A stretch of 64,000 nt of DNA from IMG/VR virus record IMGVR_UViG_3300045988_154477. One strand, given 5' to 3'. Position numbers and translations under genes: made by a program. The DNA comes from a virus (lineage: Duplodnaviria; Heunggongvirae; Uroviricota; Caudoviricetes). Below, piece after piece: positions 11,126 to 19,479 of this stretch. The notes beneath the pieces are model-generated. The model was not told where the DNA came from. It did not search any database and was given only the letters and a program-made list of their open reading frames with translations. Positions within the stretch are counted from its first letter, which is position 1; the number at the start of each line of letters is the position of its first letter.

Positions 11126-11443
11126 TCACTCATTAATCGGTTTAAACTCACTAATTAATTCACCAAGACTATTTGGGTATGCTTTATAAATAACATACTC
11201 CGAAGAGCCATCTGAATATTGGTAAACCCCATAACAGACCAGTTTATTTATTCCTTTCTGAATAGTTTTTTGATTATAAGAATCAACCACTGTTATTCCA
11301 TATGACGATAATATTTCGTTATATTCTTCAATAAGAGCTTTTCTTGTTTCCACTGAATTACAATCTACCTTCGAAAAGTCAACTTCATCAGCAAAAACAT
11401 TAAATGTTAAAAAGGAAAGCACTAAAAACAAACGAATCAGCAT
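11126..11443 (-). CDS. small secreted protein
   Basis: MLIRLFLVLSFLTFNVFA signal peptide; AGGAGTGG SD 6 nt before ATG 11443. Confidence 0.4.
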   Translation of the reverse strand: MLIRLFLVLSFLTFNVFADEVDFSKVDCNSVETRKALIEEYNEILSSYGITVVDSYNQKTIQKGINKLVCYGVYQYSDGSSEYVIYKAYPNSLGELISEFKPINE

Positions 11444-11464
11444 AAATCCACTCCTACGCATGGA

Positions 11465-11596
11465 TTAATAGTCATTGATCGCAAAGGCGTAAACTTGCCA
11501 AAGGTATTTCGTATAATCGGTACAAATCTCCTTTACGCTTGATGCTGCATTAACAGTCCCAGCCATAAATAATAACGATAGTAATAGTTTTCTCAT
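11465..11596 (-). CDS. 43-aa secreted peptide (candidate)
   Basis: MRKLLLSLLFMAGTVNA-ASSVKEICTDYTKYLWQVYAFAINDY; below track size cutoff. Confidence 0.25.
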   Translation of the reverse strand: MRKLLLSLLFMAGTVNAASSVKEICTDYTKYLWQVYAFAINDY

Positions 11597-11692
11597 TATA
11601 ACCTCACCTGCCTTATAACCCATTTAGGGTACATATTTTCGCCTTTAAAAAAAAGAGGTTATTAGATCCAACTGTGTATTTATTAAGCAGAT

Positions 11693-11709
11693 AATGCTCT
11701 AATAAATTT
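11693..11709 (+). promoter_or_regulatory. C1 repressor operator (Op51-like)
   Basis: AATGCTCTAATAAATTT, 16/17 to consensus, upstream of c4-icd-ant. Confidence 0.6.
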
Positions 11710-11894
11710 GTATTTTTAAGTCACGAATGCTATCTTTTCGCATCATATTGACCTTTTAATCGTTCAGGCTTATAGTTCCGCCGTCGTAGCAAATTCTGCG
11801 ACCGGGTTTAGCAGCCTGAATACTTACGCGGACAACCGCAGATTTCCGATATTGCGGTATTTTTGTGTCCGTAAACCACGTTACGCCCGAATTA

Positions 11895-11968
11895 TGGTGG
11901 GGCGTGATGGGGAGGCTTCGGCCTGCTGGTTTCGTAAGTGCCAGTCTGCTAACCCCGTCACGTCCTGC
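11895..11968 (+). ncRNA. c4-like antisense immunity RNA (approximate bounds)
   Basis: Structured segment between operator and icd; CGGCCU (11919) and CUGCUAA (11946) complementary to AGGCCG (12011, icd SD) and UUAGCAG (11976). Confidence 0.4.
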
Positions 11969-12021
11969 CACCTGTTTAGCAGCGGGTCGCAGGTTGTTTA
12001 TCAACTTACGAGGCCGTAACT

Positions 12022-12243
12022 ATGGTTAATGCCAATCCTTGCGCACGCCAAGAATTCATCTGGCGTTTCTATTCCTGTAAAAAACACCACTATCACTTCG
12101 TTATCGCAGCAACTGAAGACGAAGCACGCTCTCAATTGCCTGATGGCCCCTGCATTTTTACTGCCCGTTTTTCAACTAACTCGCGCAATTCACTTAGTTA
12201 CTGGAGCCTCCCCTTCTCTGCCGACGTTCAGGGGGGTTTATGA
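12022..12243 (+). CDS. icd: Icd-like protein, 73 aa
   Basis: 73-aa ORF after c4-like region, stop overlapping ant start. Confidence 0.55.
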   Translation: MVNANPCARQEFIWRFYSCKKHHYHFVIAATEDEARSQLPDGPCIFTARFSTNSRNSLSYWSLPFSADVQGGL

Positions 12244-13277
12244 AAAAACCTCTCGTCACCCGTAATGACATAGCCGAAGCGATCGCCCTGCATACTGCCT
12301 GTATACCGACACGGGAGATCCCCGGCGCAATTGCCAACTATTTCATGATAACCAGGCGTTTTTATACCCGAACAGATAAGGCTGTGATCAACAGGCTACT
12401 GATAGCCGAGATCAGGGATTATTTGATTGAACAAGGACGTCTACGTTACGCAACAGTGGCAGCAGAAATGAGAAAGGAGGCACATAGAATGACCGGTAAT
12501 AATTTGAATGTTGAAAAACCAGCACCTGTTGCTTCAGCTACGCCATCACCAGCAGTGAATGTTATCTCCAACACCGGAGACACAATCGACAGCCTGACAC
12601 TGTTAAAGATGGTCAATGAAGCGCGTAAGTTATGTGGGGAACCAGAGGTTCGGAACAACAAATTCATCGAAAAAATACTCGATGAGCTTGATGGTGAGCA
12701 CTACACAAAAAGTGTAGTGGAAAAAATGAACAAAACATCAATGCTTGTCATAACCATGACTTTCAAACAAGCCCTGCGAGTCGCCGCGCGCGAGTCAAAA
12801 GCGGTCCGCCGTTCGCTGATCGACAAACTGGAAGAATTGCAACAGGCAAACTCCCCTGCCCCATCGATCCCCCAAACATTACCAGAAGCTCTACGCCTGG
12901 CTGCCGAGTTGGCAGAACAGAAAATGCAGCTGGAACAACAGCTGGTGGCCGCAGCCCCTAAAGTCGATTTTGCCGACCGGGTATCAGTGGCTAATGGAAT
13001 CCTGATCGGGAACTTTGCAAAGGTCGTTGGACTTAAGCAAAACGCCCTTTTCTCATGGTTGCGCCAGAACGGCATTCTCATGGCTTTTGGTGCGCGCAAA
13101 AACGTACCGCGCCAACAGTACATCAACGCCGGGTATTTCACGGTGAAAGAAGTGGTGCTGGATGATGAAAATGGCTACCAGATACGGCTGACGCCCCAAT
13201 TAACGGGTAAAGGCCAGCAGTGGTTAACTCGCAAGCTACTTGATGCTGGTTTGTTAAAACCAGTAGCAATAGGTTAA
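12240..13277 (+). CDS. ant: antirepressor Ant, 345 aa
   Basis: ATG overlaps icd stop; C-terminal about 130 aa shared with KilA. Confidence 0.6.
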   Translation: MKKPLVTRNDIAEAIALHTACIPTREIPGAIANYFMITRRFYTRTDKAVINRLLIAEIRDYLIEQGRLRYATVAAEMRKEAHRMTGNNLNVEKPAPVASATPSPAVNVISNTGDTIDSLTLLKMVNEARKLCGEPEVRNNKFIEKILDELDGEHYTKSVVEKMNKTSMLVITMTFKQALRVAARESKAVRRSLIDKLEELQQANSPAPSIPQTLPEALRLAAELAEQKMQLEQQLVAAAPKVDFADRVSVANGILIGNFAKVVGLKQNALFSWLRQNGILMAFGARKNVPRQQYINAGYFTVKEVVLDDENGYQIRLTPQLTGKGQQWLTRKLLDAGLLKPVAIG

Positions 13278-13290
13278 CAAAAGAAAAAAA

Positions 13291-13316
13291 CCTGCCAGCA
13301 AACTGGCAGGTTTCTG
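13291..13316 (+). terminator. intrinsic terminator after ant
   Basis: Hairpin CCTGCCAG-CAAA-CTGGCAGG followed by TTTCTG. Confidence 0.4.
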
Positions 13317-13355
13317 AGCAGATCGTCCAACCCGATCTGGATCGAGTCAGAAAAA

Positions 13356-13372
13356 TTTGCTCTAATAAATTT
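13356..13372 (+). promoter_or_regulatory. C1 operator (Op53-like) before kilA-repL
   Basis: TTTGCTCTAATAAATTT, 16/17. Confidence 0.6.
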
Positions 13373-13441
13373 CGTTTTCTAAGTGCAAAGAATCACCATT
13401 TCGAGCTGGTGATTGAAGGTTGATGCAAATTTGGAGAAAAA

Positions 13442-14242
13442 ATGCAACAAACATTCAATGCGGATATGAATATATCAAACCTTCATCAAAATGTCGATCC
13501 TTCAACCACTCTGCCCGTTATTTGTGGTGTTGAAATTACGACCGACCGCGCTGGCCGTTACAACCTTAATGCTCTACACAGAGCGAGCGGACTCGGTGCC
13601 CATAAAGCGCCAGCTCAATGGCTAAGAACGCTGTCAGCAAAACAGCTCATCGAAGAGCTTGAAAAAGAAACTATGCAGAATTGCATAGTTTCGTTCGAAG
13701 GCCGTGGCGGCGGCACTTTTGCCCATGAATTGCTCGCTGTGGAGTACGCAGGCTGGATTTCTCCCGCGTTTCGGCTGAAGGTAAACCAGACATTTATCGA
13801 CTATCGAGCCGGAAGATTACAACCTGCTATTCCGCAGAGTCTCCCTGAAGCTCTCCGTTTGGCTGCCGACCTGGCAGAGCAAAAGCAACGGCTGGAGCAA
13901 AAAATGCTTATGGATGCACCTAAAGTCGAATTCGCCGAACGCGTTGCTACCGCCAGCGGGGTTCTAATCGGCAACTATGCCAAAGTGCTCGGCCTGGGCC
14001 AAAACTATCTCTTCACCTGGTTGCGTGATAACGGAATTCTGATCGCAACCGGTGAACGCAGGAACGTCCCCAAACAAGAATACATATCCCGTGGGTATTT
14101 CACCCTTAAAGAAACCGTGATCGATACAAGCAATGGAAGCAGGATTTCTTTCACGACTCGTATAACCGGCAAAGGTCAGCAGTGGCTGATGAAGCGATTG
14201 CTTGATGCTGGTGTGCTGGTACCTGTCGCGGCAACGCGCTAA
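13442..14242 (+). CDS. kilA: KilA (KilA-N domain plus antirepressor-like C-terminal domain), 266 aa
   Basis: GGAG SD; position before repL; C-terminus paralogous to Ant. Confidence 0.6.
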   Translation: MQQTFNADMNISNLHQNVDPSTTLPVICGVEITTDRAGRYNLNALHRASGLGAHKAPAQWLRTLSAKQLIEELEKETMQNCIVSFEGRGGGTFAHELLAVEYAGWISPAFRLKVNQTFIDYRAGRLQPAIPQSLPEALRLAADLAEQKQRLEQKMLMDAPKVEFAERVATASGVLIGNYAKVLGLGQNYLFTWLRDNGILIATGERRNVPKQEYISRGYFTLKETVIDTSNGSRISFTTRITGKGQQWLMKRLLDAGVLVPVAATR

Positions 14243-14271
14243 CAGACGTAGTAAGAACCACCAGCATTGTA

Positions 14272-15117
14272 ATGCTGGCTAAAGTCACTTTCCTGAGCTG
14301 TATAACGATGAGCGATTTTACTTTTTCTGGCTATGAATTGGCCTGCTTTGTAACACACTCCGGTCTATCCCGTAGCGCCGGGCATATCCTGTCGCAATGT
14401 GCAAATCTAGCGGCAACAACCAGTGAATACTTCATTCACAAGCCTCACCGCCTGATCGCGGCAGAAACTGGTTATAGCCAATCAACCGTCGTTCGTGCAT
14501 TCCGTGAAGCTGTAAACAAAGGAATTCTGTCTGTAGAGATTGTTATCGGCGATCACCATGAACGTCGCGCTAACCTGTACCGGTTTACACCATCCTTTTT
14601 GGCCTTCGCACAACAAGCCAAAAATGCGCTGATTGAAAGCAAATTAAAGATCTCTTCAGCGGCAACCAAGGTTAAAGCTGTTCTCGCTAAGACATTGGCT
14701 TTATTTAATTTTTTATCCACACCCCCATGTCAAAATGATACCCCCTCCCCCTGTCAGGATGACGTGGCAATAAAGAATAAGAAGTCACAAGTTAAAAAAA
14801 CAAAAAGATCAGTTTCCGGCGGTGCCGGAACGACCAGACTCAAAAAATTGACTTCATGGATCGCTGAGGCAAAAGCAAAGGCTGACAATCTGCGGTTATC
14901 CAAAAAACGCGCTCAAAAACATGAGTTCAAGCAGAAAGTAGAGGCGGCAGCGCGGAAATATGCTTACCTGAAGAACAAGCGTTCTCCTGATATTGGCGGG
15001 GTATCAAACTTCGATAATTTGCCGCATTGCATGACGGTAAACGAAGCTCTTAATGCGATTTTAGCCAAAAATAAAGATAACGAAAAATGGGGTATACCGG
15101 CAGGATTCAGGGGGTGA
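14272..15117 (+). CDS. repL: lytic replication initiator RepL
   Basis: 281-aa ORF after kilA; alternative ATG at 14308. Confidence 0.5.
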   Translation: MLAKVTFLSCITMSDFTFSGYELACFVTHSGLSRSAGHILSQCANLAATTSEYFIHKPHRLIAAETGYSQSTVVRAFREAVNKGILSVEIVIGDHHERRANLYRFTPSFLAFAQQAKNALIESKLKISSAATKVKAVLAKTLALFNFLSTPPCQNDTPSPCQDDVAIKNKKSQVKKTKRSVSGGAGTTRLKKLTSWIAEAKAKADNLRLSKKRAQKHEFKQKVEAAARKYAYLKNKRSPDIGGVSNFDNLPHCMTVNEALNAILAKNKDNEKWGIPAGFRG

Positions 15118-15167
15118 TAGATTGCTCTAATCTGGAGTCACCTGGCGTTTTCAGTTTGAGGTCGGAG

Positions 15168-15413
15168 ATGCAATCTGATTTTTTACAGTTAGCGATCGCT
15201 TTTGCAGGATATGTTTGTATTGGCTTCTGTGTATACATGATCAGCCGAAAAATGCTTGTCGATATCGACCGCAAAGAACGAGCAGAGGAGATCTTAGTAT
15301 GGATTTTCTTTGGCGCGGTCTGGCCATTAGGGATCATGTTTGCTGCAACATTTCTTCTGATGTGGATATTCACCCTTCCAGGTGATTTCTATAGAAAAAA
15401 AGCCAGACATTGA
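15168..15413 (+). CDS. small membrane protein
   Basis: MQSDFLQLAIAFAGYVCIGFCVYMISRK...; two hydrophobic helices; GAGG SD; track ORF starts earlier at 15087. Confidence 0.3.
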   Translation: MQSDFLQLAIAFAGYVCIGFCVYMISRKMLVDIDRKERAEEILVWIFFGAVWPLGIMFAATFLLMWIFTLPGDFYRKKARH

Positions 15414-15536
15414 TACAATCGTTGCGGGTGCTTGAGGCTATCTGCTTCAGGCATTACCCGAAAAGCAGATAGAAGAAAGCCCCAGATAACATTACGCGTC
15501 CTGCAAGACGCTTAACATTAATCTGAGGCCATATCT

Positions 15537-15743
15537 ATGCTTAGCATACGTAGATTAGCCTCTTACCGACCAAAAGGTCAAGGAGAAGCAGGCTATGAAG
15601 CAGCAAAAAGCGATGTTAATCGCTCTGATCGTCATCTGTTTAACCGTCATTGTGACGGCACTGGTAACGAGGAAAGACCTCTGCGAGGTACGAATCCGAA
15701 CCGGCCAGACGGAGGTCACTGTCTTCACAGCCTACGAATCTGA
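15537..15743 (+). CDS. Mok-like overlapping reading frame
   Basis: 68-aa ORF in another frame covering the hok-like gene, as in hok/mok loci. Confidence 0.3.
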   Translation: MLSIRRLASYRPKGQGEAGYEAAKSDVNRSDRHLFNRHCDGTGNEERPLRGTNPNRPDGGHCLHSLRI

Positions 15744-15750
15744 AAGGTAA
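15595..15750 (+). CDS. hok: Hok/Gef-family type I toxin, 51 aa
   Basis: MKQQKAMLIALIVICLTVIVTALVTRKDLCEVRIRTGQTEVTVFTAYESER; single TM helix plus conserved Hok/Gef C-terminus. Confidence 0.7.
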   Translation: MKQQKAMLIALIVICLTVIVTALVTRKDLCEVRIRTGQTEVTVFTAYESER

Positions 15751-15823
15751 GAGACCTGGCGGGGAGAGATCCTCGCCACTCTTCGTGTGTCAGGTATCCT
15801 CAATGCACCCTTTCCTCTCCAAA

Positions 15824-15852
15824 TAAAAAAGCTCCCGAAGGAGCTTTAAAAT
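15824..15852. terminator. bidirectional intrinsic terminator
   Basis: AAAAAAGCTCC-CGAA-GGAGCTTTAAAA between convergent hok and tail genes. Confidence 0.5.
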
Positions 15853-15866
15853 ACAAGTGATGACTC

Positions 15867-16376
15867 TTAATCCCACTCAATCCAGTTGTAGACGATACGA
15901 AGTGACGGGCGCACAGCGGCAGTCACATCTTCGGTACTAAAGTCGATTGCATCACTGTAGATTTTGCAGTCCAACATTTCAATTGTTGTAGCAGCTTTTG
16001 TCACAGCGTTAACCCCGGAAGATTTGGATTCAGGGGTAGCAGCCATCGTGATATCAACATAGTCCTTCGCCGCAATGCGATCCTTGATGAACTGAAGAAT
16101 ATCGCCTTCGATAGTCTCCACGCACTGGACCTGGATTTCCCCAGAGTTTCGAATTGGTCCGTGCTGGTTGAACTTCACACCATTCGGACCATAGTCCTCC
16201 ACATCCTCGCGGGTCATTTCAGGAATTTGCGACGTGCGAACCAGTACGCTGATATCTTCATGGCCTGCAAAAGTGAGCTGGAATTCAGAAGATACCAGTC
16301 GTTCGCCTTTGGCCGCGTTGGCAGTATAGCGGCCCTTAATAAATTTACGGTTTCCCTTAGTGTTATTGTGCCCCAT
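15867..16376 (-). CDS. tail tube-like protein, 169 aa
   Basis: Size and composition of contractile-tail tube proteins; last gene of late operon. Confidence 0.3.
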   Translation of the reverse strand: MGHNNTKGNRKFIKGRYTANAAKGERLVSSEFQLTFAGHEDISVLVRTSQIPEMTREDVEDYGPNGVKFNQHGPIRNSGEIQVQCVETIEGDILQFIKDRIAAKDYVDITMAATPESKSSGVNAVTKAATTIEMLDCKIYSDAIDFSTEDVTAAVRPSLRIVYNWIEWD

Positions 16377-16387
16377 ATAAAATCCTT

Positions 16388-16969
16388 TTACTGGAACGCC
16401 CGAACAATATCGGAGCTGTTATATATCGAAGAACCGGTCAACTGGAGGTTGACGGTGTTTTTCAGGAAATGCCCATTGCTGTCCCTGGGCGCATCGAGAT
16501 CGAAACTTATGTCCTGGATAGCGACATCAATGATGTTGATCCGGCGACCAATGTTTAGCGTCACGCGCTCCGGGATTCGACCACCAATACTGGCATCTTT
16601 AAGTTCCGGGCTAATCATCGCTGACAATGCGGCGATAGCTCCTGAAACCTCCGTGAATGGGTCAAACAAAGCGATGAAAGTTACTGGCAGCGTGAAAGTC
16701 GGCGGTGTTCCCCCTTCCCAAACCATTAAGCTGTTCCAACGGGCAACCGACGTTGTTTCAGTACCAACCTGCGCAAAACCACTGAAGGCACCAGCAACAG
16801 ATCCCATGGACATACCGGTAAACGGCGCTTCCCAATTCTGGGCCATGTTCATTGCCGCCCCCTGGCTGATATATCCGGTAACCTGGTACTGAGAGTTCGT
16901 TAAAGTAACTTTCAGAAATGGCGATACACCGTCAGCCTGGCTGTAAACCCCATAAGGAATAGGTGCCAT
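16388..16969 (-). CDS. tail tube/baseplate-initiator-like protein, 193 aa
   Basis: Adjacent to tube-like gene in late operon. Confidence 0.3.
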   Translation of the reverse strand: MAPIPYGVYSQADGVSPFLKVTLTNSQYQVTGYISQGAAMNMAQNWEAPFTGMSMGSVAGAFSGFAQVGTETTSVARWNSLMVWEGGTPPTFTLPVTFIALFDPFTEVSGAIAALSAMISPELKDASIGGRIPERVTLNIGRRINIIDVAIQDISFDLDAPRDSNGHFLKNTVNLQLTGSSIYNSSDIVRAFQ

Positions 16970-17004
16970 TCAAGTTAAAGGCCGGAGTTCTCCGGCCTCC
17001 TCCT

Positions 17005-17820
17005 TTAGCCAAGGCGCTTACGGCGCAGTTTCATTGACTTTTTGCGGGCAAGTTTTGCCGCGCCGGTCTGGGCTTTTCGACGCGCTTTTTTCAGCGCCGA
17101 TTTTTGAGCCGCAGTCAGACGTTTTTTACGCAGGCGTTTACGGATGAGTTTGATCTCACCGTTACGAACAACCTTCTTAAATGCTTCAGTCAGCATTTCA
17201 TCAGAAGTGCCAGCAACAACAAACGCCGCTTCCAGTTCGTCGCGGTCGTCGCTATCTAAACCAGCGATAGAGGCACCAACATCAGCAGCTGCGTCGTCGT
17301 CTTCATCGTCAGCCAGTGCTTCGATCAGGTCATCATCTACACCGCATGCTGCGAGGAAGTCAGCAACATTTGCCCATGCTTCGTTATAGGCATCGTCCTG
17401 TTCTTCTGTAACTTCGGAGTCGTCGTCATCAGAGATACCAGCGATAGCCTGAACGAAACCATCAAGGGAGTCGAAAGTCAGATCACCGCTATCAGCCCAG
17501 GCGAAAACGGCGTCGGCCGCATCACTCAACGCATTCTGCATAGCACTTCGATTTGCAGCTTCCAGAATCATCTGGTGCGCCTGTTCGACGGTCCATTCTT
17601 TACCGTCTTTCCCTTCCAGGATTTGCTCAGGAGCCGGGGCAGATGGAATGTTATCGTTAGTCTGTGCCGCCGGTTCCGGATTATTATTAATAACCGGATC
17701 TGTTGGCGGTTCGGCGCTTGCTCGGGCAGACTCCATCAGCTGCACAGGATCAGAGTTCAAAGCGAAACGAGACAGTCCATTCCCCAAAAATGCCCCGGAT
17801 TGAAAAAAGTTTTTGCTCAT
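17005..17820 (-). CDS. acidic structural/assembly protein with basic C-terminal tail
   Basis: Asp/Glu-rich centre, C-terminal RKRLRKKR...KLRRKRLG. Confidence 0.35.
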   Translation of the reverse strand: MSKNFFQSGAFLGNGLSRFALNSDPVQLMESARASAEPPTDPVINNNPEPAAQTNDNIPSAPAPEQILEGKDGKEWTVEQAHQMILEAANRSAMQNALSDAADAVFAWADSGDLTFDSLDGFVQAIAGISDDDDSEVTEEQDDAYNEAWANVADFLAACGVDDDLIEALADDEDDDAAADVGASIAGLDSDDRDELEAAFVVAGTSDEMLTEAFKKVVRNGEIKLIRKRLRKKRLTAAQKSALKKARRKAQTGAAKLARKKSMKLRRKRLG

Positions 17821-17829
17821 TGTATTCCC

Positions 17830-19419
17830 TTACTTAATAAGCAGCGGTACGCCCTGGATACGACGGGCTACGCCAGTCGGGCAGCAGGCCCAGACTACTT
17901 CCCATTTATCGAATTCCGCCTGCGTAACTTTCAGCACATACGGTTCTGTACCGTCAGCATCAGGATCACGAGGAGCCACCAGAGCGCCGGAGGCGACAAA
18001 GCGATCTAAAAGTTTGGTCATCCCTTTAGTCAGGCCAGCCGCAGTAATACCGTCCGGGCTATGCTTCATCTGTCGGGCTAACTGGACAAAGAAACGGCTG
18101 ATTGCATTCATCAGGGATGGGACGTGCTGGAAGTGCAGATAGTTATCCTGCGTGCAGCAAGTTAAAGCATCGTCAATGATCATCTGGCCAGAGGTGCCAA
18201 CAGATACTTTATTGAGACGGCCCTTGACCATTGCTTCTTCGTCCGGGGTATCTTCCGGATACAGCGGTTGAATTGACGCACGAGCAATGACGGCACGTTC
18301 TTCACCAGCCGGTGAGTAATGCCAACCGCCGACATCAGAGTTTTTCTTGACGCCACGAGCTTTCGCCGCATACGCCACGCCAGACAGACCAAAGACCACA
18401 CGGGATTGGGTCCATTTGTCTTTGCAGGAGAACGGGTAGTGATAGACAGCACAGCTTACATAATCGGTACCAAGTAAACCGGTATCTTCAACAGCAGAGA
18501 TCGCTTCCGTGTACGTCAATGTCGGTTTGACATCAAAGAAGCCATCAATCAGGCGATCTGCACAGATTTTACCTAATGCGGTGATAGCCGCATTGTCATA
18601 GCAGCCCAAGCCAAGAACAGCGGTGTACATGTACGGCGCATTATTCAGCACTTTAACCGCACGCAGGTACGCAGCGGTTGAGATTTTCGACTGATCGCCG
18701 TTGGTACCGCCAGTGAACGCCAACGATTTTTTGTTTGTTACTTTCGCTGTCGAAATCAGCTCTTCATTAACAACCGCGCGCAGATATTTAGAACGGGCTT
18801 CCAGAGCCGTAGGCAGATAACACAAGCGGCCCATGTCATCTTTCGCTTCTTCCGCCAAAGACACAGTGTGTGTCTCCAGGGTCGTTACCACGCCGAGCGA
18901 AGTCGTCTGGGTCAGTTTTAAGAGGAAGCGTTCATTACCCGCGCTGTCCGCTGTTGCCGTTTCGATGGTTAACTCACGGGTAGGTGAAATACACGGATCA
19001 CCATCATCAACGTAGATAGCAAAGGCTTCGCCACTATCAAGTTCAATTTCAGAACCGTATGGCAACGCACTGTAAGCCGGTTCGCCTGATTCATCGAACA
19101 TAATAATCGGGAACTTCGCATCATCCGGAACAGCGCGAACAACATAACCAGACGTTTGCTGAATAGCTTCGTATACATGGCGAATTGGTTCGAACTGTGA
19201 GCCGGAAGACGGCTTCAGCGGTTCGCCGAGAACATCTTCGTAATTGGACTCAGTAACCGCAAGAACAGTAAACGGCTTGCCACGCGCAAATACGCCAATA
19301 CCAGCCCATAAGCTGCTATTTAATGCAACACCGGTAGATAACGTCGCATCGGCATTGATCGGGCTAACCGCGACGCCGGATGCATTACCTAATGACTGTT
19401 GAATTGAATATTGAGACAT
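17830..19419 (-). CDS. tail sheath-like protein, 529 aa
   Basis: Size fits contractile sheath; AGGGAAAG SD; follows capsid-like gene. Confidence 0.35.
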   Translation of the reverse strand: MSQYSIQQSLGNASGVAVSPINADATLSTGVALNSSLWAGIGVFARGKPFTVLAVTESNYEDVLGEPLKPSSGSQFEPIRHVYEAIQQTSGYVVRAVPDDAKFPIIMFDESGEPAYSALPYGSEIELDSGEAFAIYVDDGDPCISPTRELTIETATADSAGNERFLLKLTQTTSLGVVTTLETHTVSLAEEAKDDMGRLCYLPTALEARSKYLRAVVNEELISTAKVTNKKSLAFTGGTNGDQSKISTAAYLRAVKVLNNAPYMYTAVLGLGCYDNAAITALGKICADRLIDGFFDVKPTLTYTEAISAVEDTGLLGTDYVSCAVYHYPFSCKDKWTQSRVVFGLSGVAYAAKARGVKKNSDVGGWHYSPAGEERAVIARASIQPLYPEDTPDEEAMVKGRLNKVSVGTSGQMIIDDALTCCTQDNYLHFQHVPSLMNAISRFFVQLARQMKHSPDGITAAGLTKGMTKLLDRFVASGALVAPRDPDADGTEPYVLKVTQAEFDKWEVVWACCPTGVARRIQGVPLLIK

Positions 19420-19479
19420 AACTTTCCCTGTTATGCGCCCCGCACGGGGGCGCTATGTTAAACGGAGAACTTCCCCTGA

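Noticed and set aside
14283-14291. Palindrome AAGTCACTT inside the repL start as a late promoter
   Set aside because: Lacks the ACAA prefix and has no -10-like hexamer at the 4-5 nt spacing seen in the other sites.
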